A stretch of DNA of 64,000 nucleotides from Pseudomonadota bacterium (GTDB lineage Bacteria > Pseudomonadota > Alphaproteobacteria > Sphingomonadales > Sphingomonadaceae). This document shows positions 29,698 through 38,987 of the stretch, one piece after another; positions within the stretch are counted from its first letter, which is position 1, and each line of letters begins with the position of its first letter. Position numbers and translations under genes: made by a program. Location: NCBI GenBank assembly GCA_023418595.1, contig JAEZZI010000030.1, forward strand, positions 124,911-188,910, read 5' to 3'. Under the pieces are notes generated by a model. It was given only the letters and a program-made list of their open reading frames with translations. It was not told the origin of the DNA and did no database searches.

Positions 29698-30372
29698 ATG
29701 AGGGTCTGGCACGTCATCGCACTCGTCGCCGCTGCCTGCGCGCTGATCGCGGCGGCGGGCTGGACCTATGCCAGCGGGTGGGAGCCCGATCGAACGCGCT
29801 TCCCGGTGCAGGGGGTCGACGTGTCGGCGGCGAACGGCGCGATCGCATGGGACGCGGTGCGCGCGGGCGGCGCCACCTTTGCCTATATCGCTGCCACCAG
29901 CGGCGCAAAGGGACGCGACGCGGCGTTTCAGGTCAATTGGGACGGCGCCTATATGGCGCGACTGCGGCGCGGCGCGATCCACCGCTATGCGCTGTGCGAT
30001 CATCCGCGTGCGCAGGCGACCAATTTCATGGCGACCGTGCCGCGCACCACCGACCAGCTCCCGGCCATCGTCGAATTCGATTTCGACGCGACATGCGCCG
30101 CGCGCCCGGATCGCGAAACGCTGCTCGATGGCCTTGCCACGTTCCTGACCGCGGCTGAAGCGCATCTAGGCAAGCCGATGCTGATCGCCCCGTCGGAAGC
30201 GTTCGAGGATCATTACGCGCTGAGCGAGGGCATCGCCCGACCGATCCGCGCGTCGTCGACCTGGCTGGAACCCGACTATCTTCCGCGCGCCTGGACGTTG
30301 TGGCGCGCATCCACCCTGCGGCGGATCGACGGTGTCGACGGTCCGATCAACTGGAATGCCGTCGCGCAATGA
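29698..30372 (+). CDS. glycoside hydrolase family 25 muramidase with N-terminal membrane anchor
   Basis: 224 aa. The N-terminus has a TM segment, VIALVAAACALIAAAGW. The GH25 start motif VQGVDVSAANGAIAWDAV..GGATFAYI follows. Confidence 0.8.
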   Translation: MRVWHVIALVAAACALIAAAGWTYASGWEPDRTRFPVQGVDVSAANGAIAWDAVRAGGATFAYIAATSGAKGRDAAFQVNWDGAYMARLRRGAIHRYALCDHPRAQATNFMATVPRTTDQLPAIVEFDFDATCAARPDRETLLDGLATFLTAAEAHLGKPMLIAPSEAFEDHYALSEGIARPIRASSTWLEPDYLPRAWTLWRASTLRRIDGVDGPINWNAVAQ

Positions 30373-30818
30373 CCGATCCCGACCAAGCCCGCCTGCTCAT
30401 CGAACGCGCCCGCGAGGCGGCACGCAACGCACACGCCCCCTATTCCAATTTCGCGGTTGGCGCGGCGGTGCTGCTGACCGACGGATCGATCGTGACCGGC
30501 GCGAATTTCGAGAATGCCAGCTATGGCCTGTCGCTCTGCGCGGAAACGGTCGCGATCGCCAGCCTGTCGGCGGCGGGGCGTTTGCGCGACGTGGTCGCGA
30601 TCGGGGTGATCGGCGGGATGATGGCGGATGGCGTCGCAAAAGGCGATACGCCCGTGCGCCCCTGCGGCCGCTGTCGCCAGGTGCTGAACGAAGCCGCCCA
30701 GATGGGCCGCCGCGACCTGACCGTCCATTGCGGCGGCGCGGAGGGCGACGCGATCGAAACCCACCAGCTCTCCGACCTGCTACCTCACGCCTTCGGCCCC
30801 ACCGATCTGGGATTGTAA
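30369..30818 (+). CDS. cdd: cytidine deaminase
   Basis: Inner start MTDPDQ of tracked ORF 30300..30818. Zinc-ligand motifs are LCAET (C-A-E) and PCGRCRQ. The ATG overlaps the GH25 stop (ATGA). Confidence 0.88.
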   Translation: MTDPDQARLLIERAREAARNAHAPYSNFAVGAAVLLTDGSIVTGANFENASYGLSLCAETVAIASLSAAGRLRDVVAIGVIGGMMADGVAKGDTPVRPCGRCRQVLNEAAQMGRRDLTVHCGGAEGDAIETHQLSDLLPHAFGPTDLGL

Positions 30819-30854
30819 CGACCACCACCCTGTCGGTCGTCGAATACATCCCCT

Positions 30855-30929
30855 CGTCATTGCGAGCGAAGCGAAGCAATCCAGCCGCGCCCGAGGCCTC
30901 TCGATCGCTTCGCTGCGCTCGCAATGACG
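30855..30929. repeat. palindromic intergenic element, family A copy 3
   Basis: Arms are CGTCATTGCGAGCGAAGCGAAGCAATCCAG ... GATCGCTTCGCTGCGCTCGCAATGACG. It lies between cdd and dcd. Confidence 0.9.
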
Positions 30930-31005
30930 GCGGAGCCACCACATCGCCCTTGCCCGCGTCACCATTCCCGGCAAAAGCTGTGCGCCGATCATCCAAGGGG
31001 GAATT

Positions 31006-31560
31006 ATGGCCATCCTGTCCGACATCTGGATTCGCGACGCCGCAATCAATCAGGGCATGATAGAGCCGTTCGTGGAAGCCCAGCGGCGCGAGGGTTGCAT
31101 CAGCTACGGCCTGTCCTCCTATGGCTATGACGCGCGCGTGGCGGACGAGTTCAAGATTTTCACCAATGTCGATTCGGCGGTCGTCGATCCCAAGGATTTT
31201 GCCGCGAACAGCTTTGTCGATCGCAAGACCGACGTGTGCATCATCCCGCCGAACAGCTTTGCGCTGGCCCGCACCGTCGAATATTTCCGCATCCCGCGCG
31301 ACGTGCTGACGATCTGTCTGGGCAAATCGACCTATGCCCGGTGCGGGATCATCGTCAACGTGACCCCGCTGGAGCCCGAATGGGAAGGGCATGTAACGCT
31401 CGAATTTTCGAACACGACACCCCTACCGGCCAAGATCTACGCCAACGAAGGCGCTTGCCAGTTTCTGTTCCTGAAGGGCGATCAGCCCTGCGAAACGAGC
31501 TACGCCGACCGCTCGGGCAAATATATGGGGCAACGCGGAGTGACCTTGCCCCGGCTTTGA
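31006..31560 (+). CDS. dcd: dCTP deaminase
   Basis: 184 aa, [11 protein letters not shown].... Motifs: [26 protein letters not shown] and the C-terminal [13 protein letters not shown]. Confidence 0.93.
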   Translation: MAILSDIWIRDAAINQGMIEPFVEAQRREGCISYGLSSYGYDARVADEFKIFTNVDSAVVDPKDFAANSFVDRKTDVCIIPPNSFALARTVEYFRIPRDVLTICLGKSTYARCGIIVNVTPLEPEWEGHVTLEFSNTTPLPAKIYANEGACQFLFLKGDQPCETSYADRSGKYMGQRGVTLPRL

Positions 31561-31830
31561 TCTCAGGATCACCTGCCATTCCGGGCGCCGGGTTCAACTT
31601 CAGTCCGAACCCGCAGCACCAGTCTACGCCCCGCCAGCGCAACCACTTTCCGCTAATCGACAGCAGCGAAGCGAAAGACGCGGGGGGGCGAGTAACATCG
31701 ATATCCGCTCGCGTCTCAGAAAGGCGTTCGACCGACGGCCGGGCGCCCCTGGTTCATTACAACAGGTCTGTAGAGGCAAATGGGGAAGGCGTTCGCGGCG
31801 CGCGCCATGGCGTAAAGTCGAAAGCGGCCC

Positions 31831-32178
31831 CTACCGCTCGACCAGATTGTCGAAATCATCCTCGGTGATCGGGGTTTCGAACTCCACCCCGGCCTCGAAC
31901 TCGTCGACGCGCATCACGCGCGCGATACGTGGACCGACTTCGGGCAGCGTCAGCCAGATTTCCTGACCGGGCTTCAGCGGAGAATAGGTGATCAACCGTG
32001 CGCCATGCAGCGACAGGTCGGTCACGCGGCACAAGGCCCGGTCCAGCCCGCCACGCCCCACGCGCGCGTCGAACGACACCGGCGCGCGCCGCGATTTGCG
32101 ATGCGTCGCCGGAATGGCGGGTTCGAACTCCGCCGAAAAGGATGGCGCTGAAAACGAACGAGGCTGCACGTAATTCAT
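31831..32178 (-). CDS. PilZ-domain protein (c-di-GMP receptor-like)
   Basis: 115 aa. The complete bipartite motif is present: RKSRR (RxxxR), then DLSLHG (DxSxxG) 21 residues later. Confidence 0.8.
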   Translation of the reverse strand: MNYVQPRSFSAPSFSAEFEPAIPATHRKSRRAPVSFDARVGRGGLDRALCRVTDLSLHGARLITYSPLKPGQEIWLTLPEVGPRIARVMRVDEFEAGVEFETPITEDDFDNLVER

Positions 32179-32239
32179 ACCCGCAGCCTACGATCCGATG
32201 CCTAACAGCGCGTTAACGCTGTGGTGTCGATGAAAGACC

Positions 32240-32479
32240 TCAGCCTTCCTTTTTGCGGAGCGAAATGCCACCGCCGAAACGCTTGTTGAAGCGAGCGACC
32301 TGGCCACCCGAGTCGAGCAGGCGCTGGTTCCCGCCGGTCCATGCCGGATGCGCCAGCGGATCGATTTCCAGCGTCATCGTGTCGCCTTCCTTGCCCCAGG
32401 TGGAGCGCGTTTCGTACACGGTGCCGTCGGTCATCTGGACCTTGATCATGTGGTAATCGGGGTGGGTATCGGCTTTCAC
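32240..32479 (-). CDS. rpmE: 50S ribosomal protein L31 (Cys-less form)
   Basis: 79 aa, [50 protein letters not shown]. It lacks the CxxC zinc ligands. Confidence 0.95.
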   Translation of the reverse strand: MKADTHPDYHMIKVQMTDGTVYETRSTWGKEGDTMTLEIDPLAHPAWTGGNQRLLDSGGQVARFNKRFGGGISLRKKEG

Positions 32480-32577
32480 GGTCTATGCTCCTTGCGCGGC
32501 TGGTTCCGACCAGCCTGGAATCGGGAAGGCGCGCGCCTAGCAGAGCGCGGGGGCCGGTGCAAGATTTTGCCGAGAAT

Positions 32578-32655
32578 CCGTCATGCCAGCGAAAGCTGGC
32601 ATCTCAGGCGGCTCCTGCGATGCGGCTGCATACCCCAGCTTGCGCTGGGGTGGCG
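32578..32655. repeat. palindromic intergenic element, family D-like copy 2
   Basis: CCGTCATGCCAGCGAAAGCTGGCATC ... ACCCCAGCTTGCGCTGGGGTGGCG forms two GC hairpins in inverted arrangement. It lies between fabZ and rpmE. Confidence 0.8.
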
Positions 32656-32663
32656 TAGAGCGG

Positions 32664-33149
32664 CTAAGCCGAAGGCGGATCGGCGATCATTGCGGTGAAT
32701 TCGCATTCCGCCGCCAGTTCGCCGTCGATCTTTGCCTTGCCGGCAAATTTGCACACCCGCGCGCGCTTCTGGACGAATTCGACCTCAAGGCTCAGCAGCA
32801 CGCCGGGTTCGACAGGCTTCCTGAACTTCACCCCGTCGATCGACATGAAATAGACGAGCTTGCCGCTGCCCGTCAGGCCCAGACTTTCGACCGCCAGCAC
32901 GCCCGCGGCCTGTGCCAGCGCCTCGACGATCAGCACGCCCGGCATGATCGGGCGACCGGGGAAATGTCCCTGGAAGAACTGCTCGTTGATCGTCACCGCC
33001 TTGATGGCGCGGATCGACCGGTCGGGGACCAGCTCCTCGACCCGGTCGACCAGCAGCATCGGGTAACGATGCGGGAGCGCCGCCATGACCCGTCCGATGT
33101 CGAACGGGCCGATATTGGCTGCCCCCGTGTCGCTGGCGTCCGTCATCAA
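32664..33149 (-). CDS. fabZ: 3-hydroxyacyl-ACP dehydratase FabZ
   Basis: 161 aa. Active-site string is [23 protein letters not shown]. It overlaps the skp stop by 4 nt. Confidence 0.95.
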   Translation of the reverse strand: MMTDASDTGAANIGPFDIGRVMAALPHRYPMLLVDRVEELVPDRSIRAIKAVTINEQFFQGHFPGRPIMPGVLIVEALAQAAGVLAVESLGLTGSGKLVYFMSIDGVKFRKPVEPGVLLSLEVEFVQKRARVCKFAGKAKIDGELAAECEFTAMIADPPSA

Positions 33150-33802
33150 CGGCCCGTCGGTGCCGGGGTCGGAGTCGCCGCAGGAGCCGCGGCGGCGGGC
33201 GCTGCGCCAGCCTGCTGCTGGCCGGGCTGCCAGCCTGCGGGCGGCGTGGTGGTGACGCTGGGGACCAGACGGTTCAGCTCGGTGGTGATCGCCGCGGTCA
33301 CGTCGGTTGCCTGACCGGCATAGAGCAACGCTTCGGGACGCAGCAGAAGCTGGAGCTTGCGCGAGGTGATGACCGCCTGCGACGCCGGGCCGAGCTGGCG
33401 GTTGATCTGTTCAAACGCATAGGCGCGAGCGAGCTGCGCAGGCTGGGTCAGGCGTGCGATTTCGGCCTGTGCCGCCTGTTCTTTCTGCTGGATCGCGGCG
33501 GCCTGGGTCTGCAGCTGCTGCTGGTTGGCGTTCGGCTGCTGGCTGGCGGTCTGGAATTGCTGAACCAGCGGGCGCAGTTCGTTCTGCACGGCCTGTGCGC
33601 GCGCGTTCGCCTGGTCGAGTGCCGCCTTGTGAGTGGTCTGGATCTGCGAAATCGCAGTCTTCCACGCGTTGCTGTTCTGGATCGCGGCTTCGGGATCGGC
33701 GACGGCGACGCCGGCCACCTGTGCGCTGGCCGGAACGGCAGTTGCCGCAACGATCGGGGTAGCGGCGACGGCCGCCAGCATGAGCGATTTGAAAAGGGTC
33801 AT
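33146..33802 (-). CDS. skp: OmpH/Skp-family periplasmic chaperone
   Basis: 218 aa. It has a signal peptide ([27 protein letters not shown]), a Q/A-rich coiled-coil core and a Pro/Ala-rich C-terminal tail. Its position directly after bamA also supports the call. Confidence 0.85.
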   Translation of the reverse strand: MTLFKSLMLAAVAATPIVAATAVPASAQVAGVAVADPEAAIQNSNAWKTAISQIQTTHKAALDQANARAQAVQNELRPLVQQFQTASQQPNANQQQLQTQAAAIQQKEQAAQAEIARLTQPAQLARAYAFEQINRQLGPASQAVITSRKLQLLLRPEALLYAGQATDVTAAITTELNRLVPSVTTTPPAGWQPGQQQAGAAPAAAAPAATPTPAPTGR

Positions 33803-36606
33803 CAGAATGCTGTTCCTACGTTGAAAGTGAAGAGCTTGGTATCGTCGCCCTCTTCGCGCAGCAGCGCGCGCGCCAGGTCAATACGAAGCGGTCCGAAAGG
33901 CGAGTTCCAGTTGACACCGACGCCAACCGAAAGACGCGGCTTGGCCGAGTTGCCAAGGAAGCGTTCGAAAAATGGCGGCGTCGACAGGATCGATGGGGCG
34001 TTCGTTTCCGTCCCCACACAAGGATCGCCGATATTGGCCGCGAAGCCGACCGCGCAGGTGGTGCGGCGCGTCGCCGGATCCGTCTGTCCTTCGGGGATAT
34101 ACGTGTTGAGGAACACCGGGGTCCCGTCCGCCAGCAATTCTGGGGTCTGCAAGGGCAGCAGCGACAGCGAACCATCGGCGTTGCGCAGCGGCTGTCCGTT
34201 CGCGTCGGTCCCCGCAATCGGGAATGTCCGGTTGATCAGCGGCTCCTTCAGCCCGAACAGCGCGCCTGCCTGAACGAAGATCGAGGGACGCAGGCCGAGT
34301 TCACGCGCGCCTTCGCCCAGCGGGATTTCGAGTTCGAGCTTGCCGAGATAATAAGCCTTGCCGCCCAACGGATCGTCGACGATCTGGTCGCGTTCGGTGA
34401 TGACCGCCTGATTGCCCTCTGCGACCGTGCCGGTATAGGTCAGCCGCTGCACGCGCGGGCCGACGCCGCGAATGTCGAAGCCCCGGAACTGCGGTTCGCC
34501 GAGGAAGAAGCGGTCGGTGATGCGGACGCTGTCGATGCCCTCGCCGCGGTCGGCCTCCAGCGAGTGGATATAGCCGCCCTCGGCCTGCGCCGAGAGGATG
34601 AAGCCGCTGCCCACGCTCCAGAACTTGCGCGCGTCGCCGCGCGCCCGAACATAACGGACATCGCCGCCAAGCCCGGCAAAATCGACGCCGAGTTGCAGAC
34701 GCTCGCCGCGCGTGGGACGCAGATTGCTGTTGAGCGTGCTGTAGTTGAGCGTCAGGCCCACCAGCGACGTCAGACGGCTGCCGATCGAATCGCAAAGATA
34801 GCGACCGGCCTTGAGCGGATCGCAGGCGCCATTGGTGAAGAACTGGCTTTCATCCAGCGACACGTCGTCCTGCGTCAGGCTGTAGCGCCCCGACAGCGAC
34901 CAATATTCGGTCAGCGGCACGGCGGCCACGATCTGGCCACCGGTCGACACCTGCTCGTACGTGGTGTTGCGTTCGTTGTTCAGACCGAAGCGGAACGAGT
35001 TATAGTCGCGGCGGAAGATCGTGGCGCCCAGCGCCACATTCTGGTTGAACAGATACGGCTCGGTAAAGCCCAGCTCGACCGATTTGCTGAAGGTCGAATA
35101 ATCGACCTGCGCGCGCAGATCCTGCCCCTTGCCGCGGAAGTTGCGCTGGCGGATCGCCGCCTGCACCAGAAAGCGTTCGAGGCTTGAGAAGCCCGCCGAC
35201 AGTGACAATTCGCCGGTCGCGCGTTCCTCGACATTGGCGTTCAGGATGACGCGGTCGGGGGCCGAGCCCTGAACCTGTTCGATCTCGAACTTCTCGCCGA
35301 AATAGCCCAGCGAATTGATGCGGTCCTGCGAACGGCGCACCAGCAGCGTGTTGAACGCATCGCCTTCGGCAACGCGCATTTCGCGGCGGATGACCTTGTC
35401 CTGGGTCTGGGTGTTGCCGGTGATGTTGATCCGCTCGACATAGCTGCGCTGCGCCTCGGAAATGACGAAGTCGATCGACATCGTCAGGTTTTCGCGGCTG
35501 CGACGGAACTGCGGATTCACATCGGCAAAGGCATAGCCGAACAGGCCAGCCGTCTGGCTGAGCGATTCGATCGAATCCTCGACCAACTTGGCGTTGTACC
35601 AGTCGCCTTCCTTGAACGGCAGACTGGCCGCCAGCTGTTCGTTGTTGAAATCGCGAATGCCCGAATCGACCGTGACGGGACCGAACTTGTACCGTTGGCC
35701 CTCTTCGACGACATAGGTGATGATGAAGTCTTCCCGATCGGGCGTCAGCTCGGCGACGGCGGACACGACGCGGAAATCGGCATAACCCTGGGTCAGGTAG
35801 AATTGACGGAGCAGTTGCTGGTCATACGCCAGACGATCCTGGTCATAGGTCGTGTTCGACGACAGGATGCGGAACCAGCGCGCCTGTTTGGTCGCCATTT
35901 CGCTGCGCAGATCATCGTCCGAAAACTGTTCGTTGCCGATGATGTTGATCTGGCGAACGCTCGATTTCGGGCCTTCGCTAATTTCGAATACGACATCGAC
36001 GCGGTTCTGGTCGAGCGTGACCATCTGTGGATTGACGACGGCGGCGAACCGCCCCTGGCGACGATACAGCTCGACGATGCGCGCAACGTCTGCGCGAACC
36101 GCCGTGCGCGTGAAGATCTGGCGCGGGGCCAGTTTGACCTCGGGCTGGATCTTGTCGGTCTTCAACCGGCGATTGCCCTCGAAGATGACGCGGTTGATGA
36201 CCGGGTTCTCGGTCACGCGGATGATGATGTCACCCGTCTCGACGCCCTCGATCTGCACGTCGGCCAGAAAATCGCTGGCAAGCAGGTCGCGCAGCGCCTG
36301 ATCGATCGTCGCGTTGGTATAGGTGCCGCCCGCGCGAAGCTGGGTATAGGCGATGATCGTTTCCGCCTCGATCCGCTGGTTGCCCGCGACGCGGATCGAT
36401 TTGATCGTGCGTTCGGGCTGAGGCGCGATCACCGGCACGACCTGCTGCGGCGCGGCTTGTGCTGCGGGCGCCGCTTGCGGCTGCGCGGGCGGCTGTTGCG
36501 CTGGATCAGGCGCGCCCTGGGCATGGGCAACGCCCGCCAGCACAGTGGTCGCCATCAGCGCCACGGCCGCCTTAGAGCCGATCTTGGAAAGCTTTTTCGC
36601 CGTCAC
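33802..36606 (-). CDS. bamA: outer-membrane protein assembly factor BamA
   Basis: Tracked ORF 33802..36705. Likely GTG start at 36606 (VTAKKLSKIGSKAAVALMATTVLAGVAHAQ). It has POTRA repeats (IRVAGNQRIEAETI...), a C-terminal beta-barrel and a terminal aromatic residue (...FNVGTAF). Confidence 0.93.
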   Translation of the reverse strand: MTAKKLSKIGSKAAVALMATTVLAGVAHAQGAPDPAQQPPAQPQAAPAAQAAPQQVVPVIAPQPERTIKSIRVAGNQRIEAETIIAYTQLRAGGTYTNATIDQALRDLLASDFLADVQIEGVETGDIIIRVTENPVINRVIFEGNRRLKTDKIQPEVKLAPRQIFTRTAVRADVARIVELYRRQGRFAAVVNPQMVTLDQNRVDVVFEISEGPKSSVRQINIIGNEQFSDDDLRSEMATKQARWFRILSSNTTYDQDRLAYDQQLLRQFYLTQGYADFRVVSAVAELTPDREDFIITYVVEEGQRYKFGPVTVDSGIRDFNNEQLAASLPFKEGDWYNAKLVEDSIESLSQTAGLFGYAFADVNPQFRRSRENLTMSIDFVISEAQRSYVERINITGNTQTQDKVIRREMRVAEGDAFNTLLVRRSQDRINSLGYFGEKFEIEQVQGSAPDRVILNANVEERATGELSLSAGFSSLERFLVQAAIRQRNFRGKGQDLRAQVDYSTFSKSVELGFTEPYLFNQNVALGATIFRRDYNSFRFGLNNERNTTYEQVSTGGQIVAAVPLTEYWSLSGRYSLTQDDVSLDESQFFTNGACDPLKAGRYLCDSIGSRLTSLVGLTLNYSTLNSNLRPTRGERLQLGVDFAGLGGDVRYVRARGDARKFWSVGSGFILSAQAEGGYIHSLEADRGEGIDSVRITDRFFLGEPQFRGFDIRGVGPRVQRLTYTGTVAEGNQAVITERDQIVDDPLGGKAYYLGKLELEIPLGEGARELGLRPSIFVQAGALFGLKEPLINRTFPIAGTDANGQPLRNADGSLSLLPLQTPELLADGTPVFLNTYIPEGQTDPATRRTTCAVGFAANIGDPCVGTETNAPSILSTPPFFERFLGNSAKPRLSVGVGVNWNSPFGPLRIDLARALLREEGDDTKLFTFNVGTAF

Positions 36607-36674
36607 ATCCCACCCCAATCGAGGAAAAATCAAATACTGGTGCCACAGGGCCGTACGCCCCTGCCCCAACCGCG

Positions 36675-37808
36675 TCAGCCGATCAACCCGGCCAGATTGC
36701 TCCACAGCCCGAACGCGCCCAGATCGTTGACCGTCACCAGCAGCATCAGCGCAAGCAGCGCCGCCAGCCCGCCCCGAAATGCCCAGTCGAGCACTTTGGG
36801 ATCGACCGGCTTCCGCCGCACCGCTTCGATCGCATAGAAAAACAAATGTCCGCCATCCAGCATCGGAACTGGCAACAGGTTGATGAACCCCAAATTAATC
36901 GAGACGAGCGCAATCAGCGTGATGAAGGCGGGCCAGCCCAAGGTCATCGTCTCGCCCGACACTTTGGCGATCCGCAAAGGCCCGCCCAGTTCGTCCAGCG
37001 GACGCCGGCCGGTCACGATCTGGCCGATGGTCGCGACCATCATCTGAACGATATCCACCGTGCGCTCGACCCCGACGACCGGTGCGCGAAACAGGCTGAC
37101 GGGTTCGAACACCGCGGACGCATTGCCGATCCCGACCAGCCCGGTACGGTATTCGTTGCCGAAGCGGTCGATTTCTCGCTGGGTGGCGATTGTCAGGTCC
37201 GCGGTCTGGATCGCCCCTTCCCGGTCATAGGTGACGCGCACCCGTTCGTTCGGGCGGATCTGGGCATAGTTGCGGATGTCGTCGAACGTCTCGATCCGGG
37301 TGCCGCCCATCGCGACGATGCGGTCGCCGGGCTGCAACCCCGCGCCCGCCGCAGCACCGCCCGCGACGACGCTCTCAACCACGGGCGGCGTGCGGCTTTC
37401 GCCATAGACGACGGCGAACCCGCCCAGGATCAGGATGGCGAGCAGGAAATTGGTGATCGGCCCCGCCGCGACGATGATCGCGCGTTGCCATAATTTCTTG
37501 GCCTGAAACGTCTGGTTGCGCTCGTCCGCAGGCAGCGACAGCCACTCTCGGCTGGGCTGGCTTGCCGGATTCATGTCGCCGGCGAAGCGGACATAACCGC
37601 CCAGCGGCATCCAGCCGAATTTCCACCGCGTGCCGCGCCGATCGGTAAAGCCTGCGATTTCGCGGCCGAAACCGACCGAAAACGCCTCCGCCTTAACGCC
37701 GAACCAGCGTCCGGCGAGATAATGTCCCATTTCGTGAATGAACACGAGCGGACCGATCACCAGCGCAAACGCCAGGACTGTCAGCAGGAAACCGGGGCTT
37801 TCGATCAA
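36675..37808 (-). CDS. rseP: RIP zinc metalloprotease RseP
   Basis: 377 aa. Contains HEMGHY (HExxH) in TM1, a PDZ segment, and NLLPVPMLDGGH (the LDG motif). Confidence 0.93.
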   Translation of the reverse strand: MIESPGFLLTVLAFALVIGPLVFIHEMGHYLAGRWFGVKAEAFSVGFGREIAGFTDRRGTRWKFGWMPLGGYVRFAGDMNPASQPSREWLSLPADERNQTFQAKKLWQRAIIVAAGPITNFLLAILILGGFAVVYGESRTPPVVESVVAGGAAAGAGLQPGDRIVAMGGTRIETFDDIRNYAQIRPNERVRVTYDREGAIQTADLTIATQREIDRFGNEYRTGLVGIGNASAVFEPVSLFRAPVVGVERTVDIVQMMVATIGQIVTGRRPLDELGGPLRIAKVSGETMTLGWPAFITLIALVSINLGFINLLPVPMLDGGHLFFYAIEAVRRKPVDPKVLDWAFRGGLAALLALMLLVTVNDLGAFGLWSNLAGLIG

Positions 37809-37838
37809 TCCAAGCCGTCCTCAAACCGGGCCTAAGCT

Positions 37839-38987
37839 CTAGGCCTTTACACGCTCGCCCGCGATTCGTCGCGCCTCTGCGTCGATCGCCAATACGGCAT
37901 CGAGGCTGTCGGGCGCCAGCGGGTCGTAACGCTCAAGCGTATCCGCGACGATTGCGGCGATTTCGAGGAAGCCCGCACGCTCGCCCAGAAACGCCGCGAC
38001 CGCGACCTCGTTGGCCGCGTTCAGGATTGCGGGACGCGCGCCGCCTGCGCGCAGCGCCTCGCGCGCCAGCCCGATCGCCGGGAACCGCACCGGGTCCGCC
38101 GCTTCGAAATCGAGCCGGGCAACCTTGGCCAGGTCCAGCCGCTCGCACGGCGTCGCCATCCGGTCGGGCCATGCCAGGGCATAGGCGATGGGGGTCCGCA
38201 TATCGGGCGACCCCATCTGCGCCAGCACCGATCCGTCGATATATTCGACCATCGAATGCACCACCGACTGGCGGTGGACGAGAATGTCGAGCTGGTCGGC
38301 GGCAACCGGGAACAGGTGAAACGCCTCGATCAGTTCGAGGCCCTTGTTCATCATCGTCGCCGAATCGACCGAAATCTTCGCGCCCATCGACCAGTTGGGA
38401 TGCGCCACCGCCTGTTCGGGGGTGATGCCGCGCATTTCTTCCAGCGAGCGCTCGCGAAATGGCCCGCCGCTCGCGGTCAGGATGATCCGCGCGACGCCCC
38501 TGGGCGCGGTCCGGTCGAGGCACTGGAACACCGCATTATGTTCCGAATCGACCGGCAGCAGCGTGACGCCGTGCGCTTCGACCGCACGCGTCATCACCTC
38601 GCCTGCGGACACCAGCGCTTCCTTGTTGGCGAGCGCCAGCGTACCGCCATTCTCGATCGCCGCCATCACGGGTTTCAACCCCGCACAGCCGACGATCGCC
38701 GCCATCGTCCAGTCCGCGCCCATCCGCGCGGCGTCGCATACAGCATCCGCTCCGGCGGCAGCTTCGACCTCTGATCCAGCCAGCGCCGCCTTCAGCGCAT
38801 CGTATCGGCTCGCATCGGCAACGACGGCGCGCTTCGCCCCCACCCGTTTCGCCGCTGCGGCAAGTCCATCCACATCGCCATTGGCGGTCAGCGCCAGCAC
38901 CTCGAACCCGTCGGGATTGCGTTCGATCAGGTCGAGGGTCGAGGTGCCGATCGATCCGGTCGCGCCCAGGATGGTAATCCGCTTCAC
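37839..38987 (-). CDS. dxr: 1-deoxy-D-xylulose-5-phosphate reductoisomerase
   Basis: 382 aa. NADPH motif ILGATGSIGTST is present, along with LANKEALV, DSEHNA and HPNWSMG. Confidence 0.96.
   Translation of the reverse strand: MKRITILGATGSIGTSTLDLIERNPDGFEVLALTANGDVDGLAAAAKRVGAKRAVVADASRYDALKAALAGSEVEAAAGADAVCDAARMGADWTMAAIVGCAGLKPVMAAIENGGTLALANKEALVSAGEVMTRAVEAHGVTLLPVDSEHNAVFQCLDRTAPRGVARIILTASGGPFRERSLEEMRGITPEQAVAHPNWSMGAKISVDSATMMNKGLELIEAFHLFPVAADQLDILVHRQSVVHSMVEYIDGSVLAQMGSPDMRTPIAYALAWPDRMATPCERLDLAKVARLDFEAADPVRFPAIGLAREALRAGGARPAILNAANEVAVAAFLGERAGFLEIAAIVADTLERYDPLAPDSLDAVLAIDAEARRIAGERVKA

Noticed and set aside
31561-31830. tmRNA, 6S RNA or SRP RNA in the unassigned spacer
   Set aside because: I could find no tRNA-like T-arm or acceptor, no tag-peptide reading frame ending in ...LAA, and no SRP domain IV motif. 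It is kept only as an unassigned region.
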